64,000 nucleotides of DNA from contig CALKOM010000117.1 in NCBI GenBank assembly GCA_938091905.1, forward strand, positions 1-64,000. Reading direction: 5' to 3'. Below, one piece after another: positions 30,206-40,236 of the stretch. The notes beneath the pieces are model-generated. The model was not told the DNA's origin, made no database searches, and saw nothing but the letters and a program-made list of their open reading frames with translations. The translations under genes were made by a program, and so were the position numbers. This DNA comes from an uncultured Verrucomicrobiales bacterium. GTDB lineage: Bacteria > Verrucomicrobiota > Verrucomicrobiia > Verrucomicrobiales > DEV007. Every line of letters starts with the position of its first letter. Position 1 is the stretch's first letter.

Positions 30206-30700
30206 ATGAACTCTACCAAGGTTAACGTCTTTTCCAATGGCATATGCTATTGGTGGCGCTGGCTAGCCGTCCTTCTGAGCTTAGCGATGTTCTATGGGTT
30301 GGGCATCTTCACTTACAAAGGAGCTCCAGCGCACACGTTTCATATCCTACTCCTTGCCTGTGGCGGCATCGCCATCTTTCTGGCTTTCTTTCACCGGCCT
30401 CACAGTTTCCAGATTGAAGTGACGGGCGAAGAGCTGCGGATCCTCAAGGTCCCAGGCGGTTCCGTAAAATGCGCCTTCAAGAAAGACGACGTGAAATATG
30501 TCACGATTCGGAATAGCGGCCACATCTTCGGTCTTTCGGTGATCCGGGTCATCGTTCGCACCAAGAAAGACGGCTCAAAGTTCTTCGGGCCCATTTATTA
30601 CGAAGGAATCGACGGCGTGGCTGCTTCAGAGATCGCCCAGCTCCTTCCCCGCATCTCTCGCGAGGGCCTGATGACAACTAAGAATATCAAATCTTCTTGA
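30206..30700 (+). CDS. Hypothetical two-TM membrane protein
   Basis: Two hydrophobic segments followed by a beta-rich domain. Fills the intergenic space. Confidence 0.65.
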   Translation: MNSTKVNVFSNGICYWWRWLAVLLSLAMFYGLGIFTYKGAPAHTFHILLLACGGIAIFLAFFHRPHSFQIEVTGEELRILKVPGGSVKCAFKKDDVKYVTIRNSGHIFGLSVIRVIVRTKKDGSKFFGPIYYEGIDGVAASEIAQLLPRISREGLMTTKNIKSS

Positions 30701-30732
30701 TATCGTCATAATCTCCAGGAAAATGGTGGAAT

Positions 30733-31809
30733 ATGCCCAATGACGCTCCCTTTGCTCTGATCCTCGCCGGTGGAAGTGGCACCCGTTTCTGGCCTGTCAG
30801 CAGAAACGCTCGCCCAAAGCAGCTTCTCAACCTCTTTGATGACAACACTCTCCTCGAAAAGACCGTCGACCGTTTAGAGGGACTCGTCCCCAAGGAGAAC
30901 ATCCTGATCCTCACCAATGTCGACCAGGAGGCCGGCGTCCGCGCGACTCTAAAGGATCTCCCCGCAGAGAATATTGTCGCCGAGCCCGCCAAACGTGACA
31001 CCGCCCCTGCGATCGCTCTTGCAGTCGGCTGGGTCGCCAAACGCAATCCGAAAGGCGTCATGATGGTCCTACCAGCGGATCACCTCATCAACGACGAAGC
31101 GAGTTTTCAAGCCGTCATGCGGAACGCCTGTGCTGCCGCAGGCACAACCGAAGCTCTAGTAACCGTAGGACTCAAGCCATCCTGGCCCTGCCCAAGCTAC
31201 GGCTACATCGAGCGTGCAGGCGAAGCCGATCTTCCCGAGGCTTCCTGCGACATGCCCGTCTATGAGGTCGAGCGCTTCCGAGAAAAACCCAATCCCGAGC
31301 AAGCCCAAGCGTTCTTGGACGAAGGCACCTTCAGTTGGAATGCAGGTATGTTTATCTGGTCTGTAGAGACCGTCATAGCCGAACTTCAGAAGCACGTTCC
31401 CGAGCTCGGTGCATTCATAGAAGAAGTCGCCCAATGTGAGGATCTCCCTGCCCTTCTGTCTGAGAAATTCGGCACCCTGCCAAAGATCTCAATCGACTTC
31501 GCGCTTATGGAGAAGGCCCAACGAGTGCTAAATCTTGAAGCTACATTTGATTGGGACGACGTTGGGAGCTGGATCTCGGTTGCCAAGTATCTCAAACAGG
31601 ATGACAGTAAGAACTGCGCCAATTGCGACCTAACCCAAATCAGAGCAAACAATAACATCATTTACTCGAAGGAAGGCTCACGCGTCGCTCTGTTAGGAGT
31701 CGACGACCTTATCGTTGTCCAAACTGGCGATGCCATCCTCATCGCCAAGCGCGAGGAAGCAGACGACATCAAGAAACTCGTCGATGCGGTGCCGCCGGAG
31801 ATGCATTAA
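30733..31809 (+). CDS. manC: Mannose-1-phosphate guanylyltransferase
   Basis: LAGGSGTRFWP, PKQLL, EPAKRDTAPAI, PADH, FREKP, WNAGMF and WDDVGSW. Confidence 0.93.
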   Translation: MPNDAPFALILAGGSGTRFWPVSRNARPKQLLNLFDDNTLLEKTVDRLEGLVPKENILILTNVDQEAGVRATLKDLPAENIVAEPAKRDTAPAIALAVGWVAKRNPKGVMMVLPADHLINDEASFQAVMRNACAAAGTTEALVTVGLKPSWPCPSYGYIERAGEADLPEASCDMPVYEVERFREKPNPEQAQAFLDEGTFSWNAGMFIWSVETVIAELQKHVPELGAFIEEVAQCEDLPALLSEKFGTLPKISIDFALMEKAQRVLNLEATFDWDDVGSWISVAKYLKQDDSKNCANCDLTQIRANNNIIYSKEGSRVALLGVDDLIVVQTGDAILIAKREEADDIKKLVDAVPPEMH

Positions 31810-31998
31810 AAGTATTCCTATCGGGATTTAAACGCCGATTGTAGCTTCGATTGGCCAGCAAAGACTCTCGGCACGTGCTTCGACTGCCAGTCGGCCCTAC
31901 CCATCATCGTTTCTTCGGCGTAGAACACGAAATCCACCATCCCCTAAGCATATCTCTTGCCTAAGAATCTGAAATTGATCTAATCGTGCCACACGACC

Positions 31999-33060
31999 AT
32001 GGCCTTCGATTTCATTTTCATGCTCACGGCGAATGACCGCACGGTCTCAGACGCCCGTGCTCGGCTAAACGACGTCTTGGCCGGCGGAGCTCGCCACATC
32101 GGCTTTAAGGACGTCGGCTTACCTTTTGAAGAACTCAAAGAATTGGCTAGCGAGATCCGCGCGGCTGGTGGTCGAGCCTATTTGGAGGTGGTCAGTCTCG
32201 ATGAAGAAAGTGAAATTCGTTCTGCCAAGGCGGCCATCGATCTTGAAGTAGACTGCCTCCTCGGCGGAACACGGGCGGTTCAAGTTGCCCCCCTGCTACG
32301 TCATCATCCCATTCGCTACTATCCCTTTCCTGGCGCCATCGTCGGGCACCCAAGTGTTCTCGCAGGCTCGATGGAAGAGATCGCAGAAAGCGCCAGGCGC
32401 CTGACAGACCTCGAAACGGTGCACGGGGTCGACCTGCTCGCCTATCGCTTTGCTGGCGATGTACCAGCGCTTATGAAGGCGGTCTGCCTAGCGACTGACA
32501 AACCTGTCATCATGGCTGGCAGCATCGATCAAGAAGAACGCATCGTCGCCGCAGCAGAGGCTGGCGCTTCGGGTTTTACTGTGGGAACGGCAGCGCTCGA
32601 CGAAGTGTTTCCAGCCTCCTCTGACGGCCTTGTCGCTCAAGTTCAAGCAATTATGGCAATGACAGGCCGAGCTCGGCAGCGCTCCTCGGCCCCCAAACGA
32701 ATCGCCCTCGTAGCTCACAACAATCGTAAGTCACATCTCAAGGCGTGGGTTCAACGACATTGTGGAACACTCCAACGTCACAAGATTGTTTGCACTGGAA
32801 GCACTGGCACTCTGTTAGTCAAGGCGGAACCAGAACTCTCGATTCATCGTTTGCAGCGCGGTTCACACGGCGGCGATCAGCAACTGGGAGCCCTCGTCGC
32901 CACAGGCGAGCTTGACGCGGTCATCTTCTTTGCCGATCCCCATGGACCAAGCTCGTCCGATGTAGATTTGCTAGCATTGATCAGACTGGCCATTCAGCAC
33001 GATACACCTATTGCCTGCAGCCCCGCAGCTGCGGATATGATCGTCACCGCCAGCCTCTAA
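31999..33060 (+). CDS. TIM-barrel protein fused to a methylglyoxal-synthase-like domain
   Basis: N-domain HIGFKDVG, YLEVV, LLGG, GVDLLAYR, AGSI and FTVGTA. C-domain IALVAH..TGSTG..GGDQQLG..IFFADP. Confidence 0.82.
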   Translation: MAFDFIFMLTANDRTVSDARARLNDVLAGGARHIGFKDVGLPFEELKELASEIRAAGGRAYLEVVSLDEESEIRSAKAAIDLEVDCLLGGTRAVQVAPLLRHHPIRYYPFPGAIVGHPSVLAGSMEEIAESARRLTDLETVHGVDLLAYRFAGDVPALMKAVCLATDKPVIMAGSIDQEERIVAAAEAGASGFTVGTAALDEVFPASSDGLVAQVQAIMAMTGRARQRSSAPKRIALVAHNNRKSHLKAWVQRHCGTLQRHKIVCTGSTGTLLVKAEPELSIHRLQRGSHGGDQQLGALVATGELDAVIFFADPHGPSSSDVDLLALIRLAIQHDTPIACSPAAADMIVTASL

Positions 33061-33071
33061 ACAGCTATCTC

Positions 33072-33677
33072 ATGAGCCGAACCACTGCTCTCGTCTTCGA
33101 CATCGGGAACGTCCTGAGTCATTTCAGCTTTGATCACATGGTCGCTGCCGACTTACAGTTCACTAAACTGCCAGCAAAGGAAGTGCTAGAGATCCTCATC
33201 AAGTGGTCACATCCGTTCTGCACAGGCGAACTGGATGAGGGCGCCTTTGCAGGACATTGCATGGATGAACTCAAGTTCACCGGCAGCGTGGAAGACCTCA
33301 AGCGAATTTACAATTTAGGTTTCCAGCCAAACAAGCTCATGGCTCCCGTGGTTGAGCGCTATTCAGATCAGTACTCTCTCTACTACCTGTCCGATACAAA
33401 CCCGTGGCATATAGAGTTTCTGTTAGGCAACGATCCACTGTTGCCTCATTTCCAATCAGGCACGACATCGTTTGAAGCCAGGGTGCTCAAGCCAGATCGT
33501 ACGATATACGAGTTTGCGGCTCGGAAACATGACTTCCTACCCAAGGAAGCAATCTTCATCGATGACCGTGCTGCCAATGTTGCTGGGGCAGAAGCCGTCG
33601 GCTATGTTGGCTTGCACTACAAGCCTGATCAACATACGATTTTTGAGGATCAGCTAAGCGCTACTCTCGAAAAATGA
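33072..33677 (+). CDS. HAD family phosphatase (YihX-like)
   Basis: VFDIGNV, LSDT, KPD..IY and IFIDDRAANV. Confidence 0.88.
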   Translation: MSRTTALVFDIGNVLSHFSFDHMVAADLQFTKLPAKEVLEILIKWSHPFCTGELDEGAFAGHCMDELKFTGSVEDLKRIYNLGFQPNKLMAPVVERYSDQYSLYYLSDTNPWHIEFLLGNDPLLPHFQSGTTSFEARVLKPDRTIYEFAARKHDFLPKEAIFIDDRAANVAGAEAVGYVGLHYKPDQHTIFEDQLSATLEK

Positions 33678-36364
33678 TACGAATCTCTCTCATCGTCCTT
33701 TCACTGCTGTCACCTAGCTTTGCTACGGAGACTGTATCGGAAGCCGAGAAGCTCTTTGCTCTGAAGGTGAAACCCCTCTTTGCCGCCAAGTGCCTCGCTT
33801 GTCACGGCGATGAGCCAGACAAGCCAAAGGGTGGATTCGATATGCGGTCACGCACTTCGATGTTGAAGGGCGGCAAGAACTTTGGCCAAGAAGTCATCAA
33901 GCCGGCTAACGGAGACACCAGCTATCTCTACATCACCACGACCCGCACGGAGGAGGGTTATGAAATGCCTCCAAAAGAGGCTGACAAACTTACCAAAGAG
34001 GAACAGGGTTGGATACGAGCTTGGATCAACGCGGACGCCCCTTGGCCTAATGAAGCACGAATCGCTGCCATCCAAGAGACCTATGCGGAGGGCATCAAGG
34101 TAGCCACTTCCAAAGCCTTGTCTGAGGATTGGCAGCAGCGCCGTTATGATCCCCAGTCACTCTGGGCCTACCACCCTTTGGACGTCTGGAAAGTTCCAGA
34201 AGGTTCTCACCCCGTGGACTGGTTCATCGATCAGCGGCTCAAAGAAGTCTCACTCGCTTCAGCACCACCTGCCAATGGTCGAGAACTGGCACGCCGAATC
34301 AGCTTTGGCATGACGGGCTTGCCTCCAAGCCCTGAGGCCGTCGAAGAGTTTATAGCATTCTATGCCACGGACAAGGCCGCAGCCGTGGCCACGTATGCGC
34401 AAGAGCTCATGGCAACACCACAATACGGCGAACATTTCGCCCGCCATTGGCTAGACGTCACGCGTTACGCTGATTCAGGTGGTTTCGCTAATGACTACGC
34501 TCGGCCAAACGCCTGGCGCTACCGTGACTATGTCATCCGTGCGTTCAACCAAGACAAGCCTTATGACGCCTTTGTCAGGGAACAAATCGCCGGCGATGAA
34601 CTAGACGCTTCTGAACCTGAACATCTAATCGCCACCGGATTCCTTCGCATGGGCCCGTGGGAACAGACGAGCATGAGTGTTTTCAAAGAGACGCGGCAGC
34701 TCTGGCTCGATGATGTGACCGACTCGGTAGGGCAAACCTTTCTCGGCCACACCTTGCAATGCGCAAAGTGCCACGACCATAAGTTCGATCCCGTCCCTAC
34801 ACGCGATTACTACCGAATGATGGCCGTGTTCTCTACCACCCAGTTTGCCGGGAGGGACGCCGCCTTTGTCGACCAGGAGAATCAGAATAGTTTCAGCACC
34901 TCTGACGCTTGGGTGAAGGCCAAGATGAAAGCCTATCAGAACCAGCATACGGCGCTCGAGGACAAGGTTAAGCGTGCAAGGAAGCAAGAATCTGGCGCCG
35001 CAAAGGTCGGCGACAACGGTCTTGACCCCGGCGATGAAGCGTCACTCGCTCGGATAAACAAGAATATTATAAGGCACCGTTTGGAGCTTGAGCGTACTCT
35101 ACCAATCGCCTTTGCAGTGTATACGGGCACGACCATCACTCGCAAAAACATCAACAGTCGTCTCAAAATGCCAGCAAAGCCTTGGGGAAAGGGAGTCTTG
35201 GAGTCGGATGCGATTCTTACCGGAGGCAACATCTACTCTCCATCGGATCCGGTCACGCCAGGCGCCCTGACTGCAGTGGAATCCCTTGGAAATATGACGA
35301 CCAAGGCGTTCCCCAAGGGCAAAGGCAATCGACGCTTGGCCCTGGCCGAATGGATCACGAATGAGAAGAATCCCCTGACCGCCCGAGTCATGGTCAATCG
35401 CCTTTGGTCCTGGCACTTCGGTCAAGGATTGGCAGGCAATCCGAGCAACTTTGGGAGTACGGGTGAACGCCCAACGCATCCAGCACTACTCGACTACCTT
35501 GCCCAGTGGTTCATGGACCAGGGCTGGTCTGTGAAGAAGCTCAATGCACTGATCCTTAGCTCCAAAGCCTACCAGCGCAGTTCACGTCATCCTCAATTGG
35601 CGGAGCAACGATCGAAGGATCCCAAGCAACACCTCTACGCCACCTTTCAACCACGTCGCCTCTCGGCAGAGGAACTTCGTGATGCCATGTTAGCCTCCAG
35701 TGGCGAAATGAGCCCCCAAGTAGGCGGCATCCCAGCTCGCCCTGATATGAATGAGGAAGTCGCTTTCCAACCCCGGCAGATCATGGGCGGCACGGCATCC
35801 GTTTACGAACCTGATCCCCTCCCCGCCCAGCGCAATCGTCGTAGCATCTACGTTGAGAAATTACGCGGTCTTCGTGACCCTTTTTTAGAGAACTTTAACC
35901 AACCTGGCCCTGATGACTCCTGCGAACGCCGAGAAACGTCCACCGTCGCCACCCAAGCCCTCACACTCCTGAACGCTGCAGAAGTCCACGATCGTGCTTT
36001 AGCACTCGCAGACCGACTCATGAAGGAAAGGATCACGACTGCTGATAAGATTCAGCGTGCATTCGCTCTGACACTAGGACGCACGGCAAGCAATCAAGAA
36101 CAAAAAGCATGTCTCGATCATTGGCGGATTGCCACTGGCGAAGAAACTGATCGCACCCATGAACGTAAATCCTATGTAGACCACGTCAATCGCACCGTGA
36201 TGGCGGAGAAGACAGGCGAGCCCTACGACTTCGTAGAGCTCATGCCTGCTTACGACAACTACCAGCCAGACCTCCAACCAAGCGATGTCGATGCGCCAAC
36301 CCGAGGCTTGGCCCAAGTCTGTCTCGTGCTCTTCAATTCAAACGAATTCGCTTACCTCGATTGA
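33674..36364 (+). CDS. Planctomycete cytochrome c + DUF1549 + DUF1553 (PSD1) protein
   Basis: CLACH, YGEHFARHWLD, CAKCHDHKFDP, NPLTARVMVNR and SNEFAYLD. Confidence 0.92.
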   Translation: MIRISLIVLSLLSPSFATETVSEAEKLFALKVKPLFAAKCLACHGDEPDKPKGGFDMRSRTSMLKGGKNFGQEVIKPANGDTSYLYITTTRTEEGYEMPPKEADKLTKEEQGWIRAWINADAPWPNEARIAAIQETYAEGIKVATSKALSEDWQQRRYDPQSLWAYHPLDVWKVPEGSHPVDWFIDQRLKEVSLASAPPANGRELARRISFGMTGLPPSPEAVEEFIAFYATDKAAAVATYAQELMATPQYGEHFARHWLDVTRYADSGGFANDYARPNAWRYRDYVIRAFNQDKPYDAFVREQIAGDELDASEPEHLIATGFLRMGPWEQTSMSVFKETRQLWLDDVTDSVGQTFLGHTLQCAKCHDHKFDPVPTRDYYRMMAVFSTTQFAGRDAAFVDQENQNSFSTSDAWVKAKMKAYQNQHTALEDKVKRARKQESGAAKVGDNGLDPGDEASLARINKNIIRHRLELERTLPIAFAVYTGTTITRKNINSRLKMPAKPWGKGVLESDAILTGGNIYSPSDPVTPGALTAVESLGNMTTKAFPKGKGNRRLALAEWITNEKNPLTARVMVNRLWSWHFGQGLAGNPSNFGSTGERPTHPALLDYLAQWFMDQGWSVKKLNALILSSKAYQRSSRHPQLAEQRSKDPKQHLYATFQPRRLSAEELRDAMLASSGEMSPQVGGIPARPDMNEEVAFQPRQIMGGTASVYEPDPLPAQRNRRSIYVEKLRGLRDPFLENFNQPGPDDSCERRETSTVATQALTLLNAAEVHDRALALADRLMKERITTADKIQRAFALTLGRTASNQEQKACLDHWRIATGEETDRTHERKSYVDHVNRTVMAEKTGEPYDFVELMPAYDNYQPDLQPSDVDAPTRGLAQVCLVLFNSNEFAYLD

Positions 36365-36370
36365 TTCGCC

Positions 36371-37762
36371 ATGTCGCACCATACTTCCCATCTCATGGCC
36401 ACTCCAAACCGCCGCGATTTCCTTTACGGTCTCGGTGCAGGTCTAGGGTCCGTCGCGTTCTCTTCCATGTTACAAGGTGCTCAGTCAAAGGCTCATCTCC
36501 CTGGCCGAGCCAAACGTTGCATCTTTCTCATGATGGAAGGTGGCCCGTCCCACATTGACACCTTTGATCCAAAACCCGAGCTCGACCGGCGCCATTTGCA
36601 AGAGTTCTCGCGCGGTGGCGAAATGGAAAGTGCGATGTCTTCAGGCACGCGCTACTTTGTCAGGAGCCCGTTCGACTTTGTAAAAGCGGGGAAATGTGGC
36701 GCCGATATTTCCTCAGAGTGGACCCATCTCAAAGATTGCGTCGACGACATGTGCTTTTATCGCGGTGCTCAGGTCGAGTCGGTGAATCACCCCACAGCCT
36801 GTTTCCAGCTCAACACAGGAAACCGATTCGGAGGTGATCCCGCCATGGGGGCCTGGGTGACCTATGGGCTCGGTTCGCTCAATGAGAACCTCCCAGGCTT
36901 CGTCGTCTTGCCGCGCTCCAGCTATCCACAAGGCGGCGCGGGCAATTGGTCGAACGGCTACCTTCCCGCAGACTTTCAGGGGACGCCCCTGCGACCTAAA
37001 GGAAGTCCAATTCTCGATCTGCACCCACCAAAAGGCGTCACAAGATCACAGCAGCGTACCAATCTTGATCTGTTAGCGAAACTCAACCAGCACCACCTAG
37101 AAGTTCGCCCAGATCGAAGCGAACTTGAAGCAAGGATGGCCTCATACGAACTCGCCTACCGTATGCAAATGGAGGTGCCTGGCGTGCTCGATTTCAAGGG
37201 GGAATCCGAAGCCACATTAGAAGCCTACGGCGTGGGCACCACAAAGACCGATGCCTTTGGTCGCAAGTGCTTATTAGCTCGTCGGCTAATCGAGAAAGGC
37301 GTGCGCTTTGTCCAGGCCTACGCTGGCAATTGGGACAGTCATGATTACATCGAGAGAGCCCATGGGTCGCTCATCCGTTCGGTGGACAAACCAATCGCCG
37401 GGCTACTGAAAGACCTCAAAGATCGCGGCTTGTTAGACGATACACTGGTCGTGTGGTGCGGTGAATTTGGCCGCACGCCCGACAATGGCATGCGAGGCGG
37501 CAAATCTTACGGTCGCGATCATAATGCCAAAGCCATGGCCATGTGGTTCGCCGGAGGAGGCACCAAAGCTGGCCACACCATCGGAGCCACGGACGAGATC
37601 GGTGCCGAGGCGGTGGACTGTGTTCACCACATCCGCGATGTGCATGTCACCCTACTTCGTTTGCTAGGGCTCGATGACAACCAACTCACCTACTATCATG
37701 CGGGTCGGCACAAACAGCTCTCGCAATTCGGAGGACAAGTGATCCGGGAACTGATCGCCTAG
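36371..37762 (+). CDS. DUF1501 domain protein
   Basis: Tat-like NRRDFL, GGPSHIDTFDPKP, LLARRLIEKGVRF, WDSH, GEFGRTP and GRDH. Confidence 0.92.
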   Translation: MSHHTSHLMATPNRRDFLYGLGAGLGSVAFSSMLQGAQSKAHLPGRAKRCIFLMMEGGPSHIDTFDPKPELDRRHLQEFSRGGEMESAMSSGTRYFVRSPFDFVKAGKCGADISSEWTHLKDCVDDMCFYRGAQVESVNHPTACFQLNTGNRFGGDPAMGAWVTYGLGSLNENLPGFVVLPRSSYPQGGAGNWSNGYLPADFQGTPLRPKGSPILDLHPPKGVTRSQQRTNLDLLAKLNQHHLEVRPDRSELEARMASYELAYRMQMEVPGVLDFKGESEATLEAYGVGTTKTDAFGRKCLLARRLIEKGVRFVQAYAGNWDSHDYIERAHGSLIRSVDKPIAGLLKDLKDRGLLDDTLVVWCGEFGRTPDNGMRGGKSYGRDHNAKAMAMWFAGGGTKAGHTIGATDEIGAEAVDCVHHIRDVHVTLLRLLGLDDNQLTYYHAGRHKQLSQFGGQVIRELIA

Positions 37763-37835
37763 CACCGTCTCCAACCGAGAGTTATTCGAGTTTGGTTTGC
37801 ATCCAAGGAAGGAAGCATCGACCATTATTGAGATC

Positions 37836-38306
37836 ATGTTTGGCCGCCTACTGCTCCTCTTTATCACAGTACCCTTCATCGAGCTGGTGCTCCTTCTGAA
37901 GATCGGAGCAAAGATTGGGTTCACCCCCACGCTTGGGATCATCGTCGTCACTGCGATCTTAGGGGCTTCCCTCACCCGCTCTCAAGGTCGACACACGTTG
38001 CAACGCTTTCAGCAGGCCCAGCGGGAAGGGCGTCTCCCCCACGCCGAAGTCATGGACGGGCTGATGATTATCATTGCAGGAGCAGTGCTCCTCACCCCCG
38101 GCTTTCTAACAGATATCGCGGGGTTCCTTCTACTCGTTCCGCCTGTCCGGGCTGCCGTTAGGGGGCGACTGGCCGCAGCACTCAAAGGCCGCATTCAGAT
38201 CGTCGGCATGTCAGCCAGTTCCAGCGGTTCAACCCAGCCACAAGGCCAGGTGCAAGAGCGTGTGATCAAAGCTAAAGTGATCAACGAAGACCCGCCCGAT
38301 TCATGA
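37836..38306 (+). CDS. fxsA: FxsA family membrane protein
   Basis: VPFIELVLL and AGAVLLTPGFLTDIAG. Confidence 0.88.
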   Translation: MFGRLLLLFITVPFIELVLLLKIGAKIGFTPTLGIIVVTAILGASLTRSQGRHTLQRFQQAQREGRLPHAEVMDGLMIIIAGAVLLTPGFLTDIAGFLLLVPPVRAAVRGRLAAALKGRIQIVGMSASSSGSTQPQGQVQERVIKAKVINEDPPDS

Positions 38307-39802
38307 ATTCCACACGCACAATCCATCGTTGGCCAAGAGCAGCTGCCTTGATCCTTGCCTCGATTGGCGTCTGGGTCGCCTTGGCTGAAGAGAAGCCAAC
38401 CGATCCCACCGAGTCATTCGACACGTGGTTCGCTGCCTGCAAAGATCTTCCTACGAACCGAAGGCTCGAACTCCCTTACCCACCCAAAGAGGTGCTGCCA
38501 ATCAAGACGTTTAAACCTCTTGGCATCTTATTAGACTTTTTCACTGAACGTTCCCTTACCGGCCCGCTCGCCAAGAAAGATCACTGGCTAGGTCAATTCC
38601 CGGATCGAGCGACGTTCTTTCATCCAACAAAGCTACCGAGTTTCGAAACTCCCTTTCAGCCGTTCGCTCAGCGCCTCCAACTTCCGCCCGGTTCCGAAGT
38701 GATCCTTCATGGTGACCTTCACGGCGATATCAAGTCGTTTCTCTATTCGCTTAAAGCCCTCGAAGATCGTGGCTATCTCAAGGACTTCAAAATTATCAAG
38801 CCGAACGCCCACATGCTCTTCCTCGGCGACTACACCGATCGTGGCATGTACGGGGTCGAGGTCATCTACACCTTGATGCGCTTGAAGCTAATGAATCCGG
38901 ACAATGTCTGGCTCGTGCGGGGCAACCACGAAGATATCCAGATGGTCGCCAAGTATGGGTTTCTTCACGAGGGAAAGTACAAATACGGAACCGACTTCGA
39001 TCAACGGAAAGTCACTCGGATCTATTCTCTCATGCCCGTCGTCCTTTACCTGGGATGCGAAAATACCTACGTACAATGCAACCACGGAGGGATCGAACCC
39101 GGTTACAGCGTTAAGAAACTGCTAGGATCACCTGCTGAGAAACACTACGAGCTGATCAGCAAACTCAACCGGGCAGACTATCTGAAAGCACACCCTGAAT
39201 TAATTGACAAAGTGGATAGCTTTAGTGCTCGAATGCTGAGGGTAGTCTATCAAAACTATGTTCCAAAAAGCCCAACCTCGCCAAATCCCCTTGGCTTTCT
39301 GTGGACCGACTACACACTCCAACCCCATGAACCAGCTCTTCGATGGGATGACAATCGCCCAGGATGGACGTGGGGCCAGCTTGGGACTCGCCAATTTCTA
39401 GACTACGTTTCTGCCGGCGTCAATGGCCCACGCGTGCAGGCCATCTTCCGCGCCCACCAACACAACCGCGGACGCGATCCCATGATGTCACGTCTCATCG
39501 CGAGCAAGGGTGTCTTTGAACACTGGCAGAAAGCGGATCTCGAAACTCTCACCGATGCCAACGTACCGGAACTTGAAGCCGCCCTCAGCACCGACGCCAA
39601 ACGCTCACTCACAGAAGGTGCCGTCTACACGCTTAATGTCAGTCCCGATAGCATCTACGGTCTAACCGCAGACTACGACTTCGATACTTGCGCCATCCTG
39701 ACGCTCCAACCCCAGTTGGAAGATTGGACGATGGAGACGCTCAATGCGACGGTTCCAGTTCCGAAAGCTGAGCCTCCGAATCAAGGCGCTCAAGATCAAT
39801 AG
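38303..39802 (+). CDS. Secreted PPP-family (calcineurin-like) metallophosphoesterase / Ser/Thr phosphatase
   Basis: GDLHG, GDYTDRG, RGNHE, HGG, LWTD and RAHQ. Signal peptide. Confidence 0.85.
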   Translation: MNSTRTIHRWPRAAALILASIGVWVALAEEKPTDPTESFDTWFAACKDLPTNRRLELPYPPKEVLPIKTFKPLGILLDFFTERSLTGPLAKKDHWLGQFPDRATFFHPTKLPSFETPFQPFAQRLQLPPGSEVILHGDLHGDIKSFLYSLKALEDRGYLKDFKIIKPNAHMLFLGDYTDRGMYGVEVIYTLMRLKLMNPDNVWLVRGNHEDIQMVAKYGFLHEGKYKYGTDFDQRKVTRIYSLMPVVLYLGCENTYVQCNHGGIEPGYSVKKLLGSPAEKHYELISKLNRADYLKAHPELIDKVDSFSARMLRVVYQNYVPKSPTSPNPLGFLWTDYTLQPHEPALRWDDNRPGWTWGQLGTRQFLDYVSAGVNGPRVQAIFRAHQHNRGRDPMMSRLIASKGVFEHWQKADLETLTDANVPELEAALSTDAKRSLTEGAVYTLNVSPDSIYGLTADYDFDTCAILTLQPQLEDWTMETLNATVPVPKAEPPNQGAQDQ

Positions 39803-40202
39803 CGCCTGAAGCAATCAGGAATCGCACTGGGCTCAACTCTCCCACCCGAAGGAGATCCATATCCGCAAAGAAACTTCGTTTCTTTCCAACATAGGAGATC
39901 GCTTTCCAAGGAATAAACAACGGCGGATGACCTGCGCTAAAAAGCGGCATCGGCGTCAGCCCTAGTCCGTCCTCCATCTGCGTAAAGGTGAGAACTCGGT
40001 TGTAATTGATCAATCCAATGCGCGCACTCTGCCAACGGCTAGTATCGCCTTCAAAACACCGATTGGACTCATACGTCCGCGCCAACTGTCCCCATCCAGA
40101 GACCCGCGACAACCCCCAGGTAACAAAGCACCAGAACAGCGGAATCAGAACGAACGCCGTGAATAGTATGCCCGCGAGGCGAAACCATGGTGAATCCAGC
40201 AT
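39741..40202 (-). CDS. Hypothetical membrane protein
   Basis: N-terminal TM, SGWGQLARTY and HPPLFIPW. Confidence 0.7.
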   Translation of the reverse strand: MLDSPWFRLAGILFTAFVLIPLFWCFVTWGLSRVSGWGQLARTYESNRCFEGDTSRWQSARIGLINYNRVLTFTQMEDGLGLTPMPLFSAGHPPLFIPWKAISYVGKKRSFFADMDLLRVGELSPVRFLIASGAIDLERLDSEAQLSELEPSH

Positions 40203-40236
40203 CGCTAACTGTAAGGGCGATCTTACGAGAAGGCGA

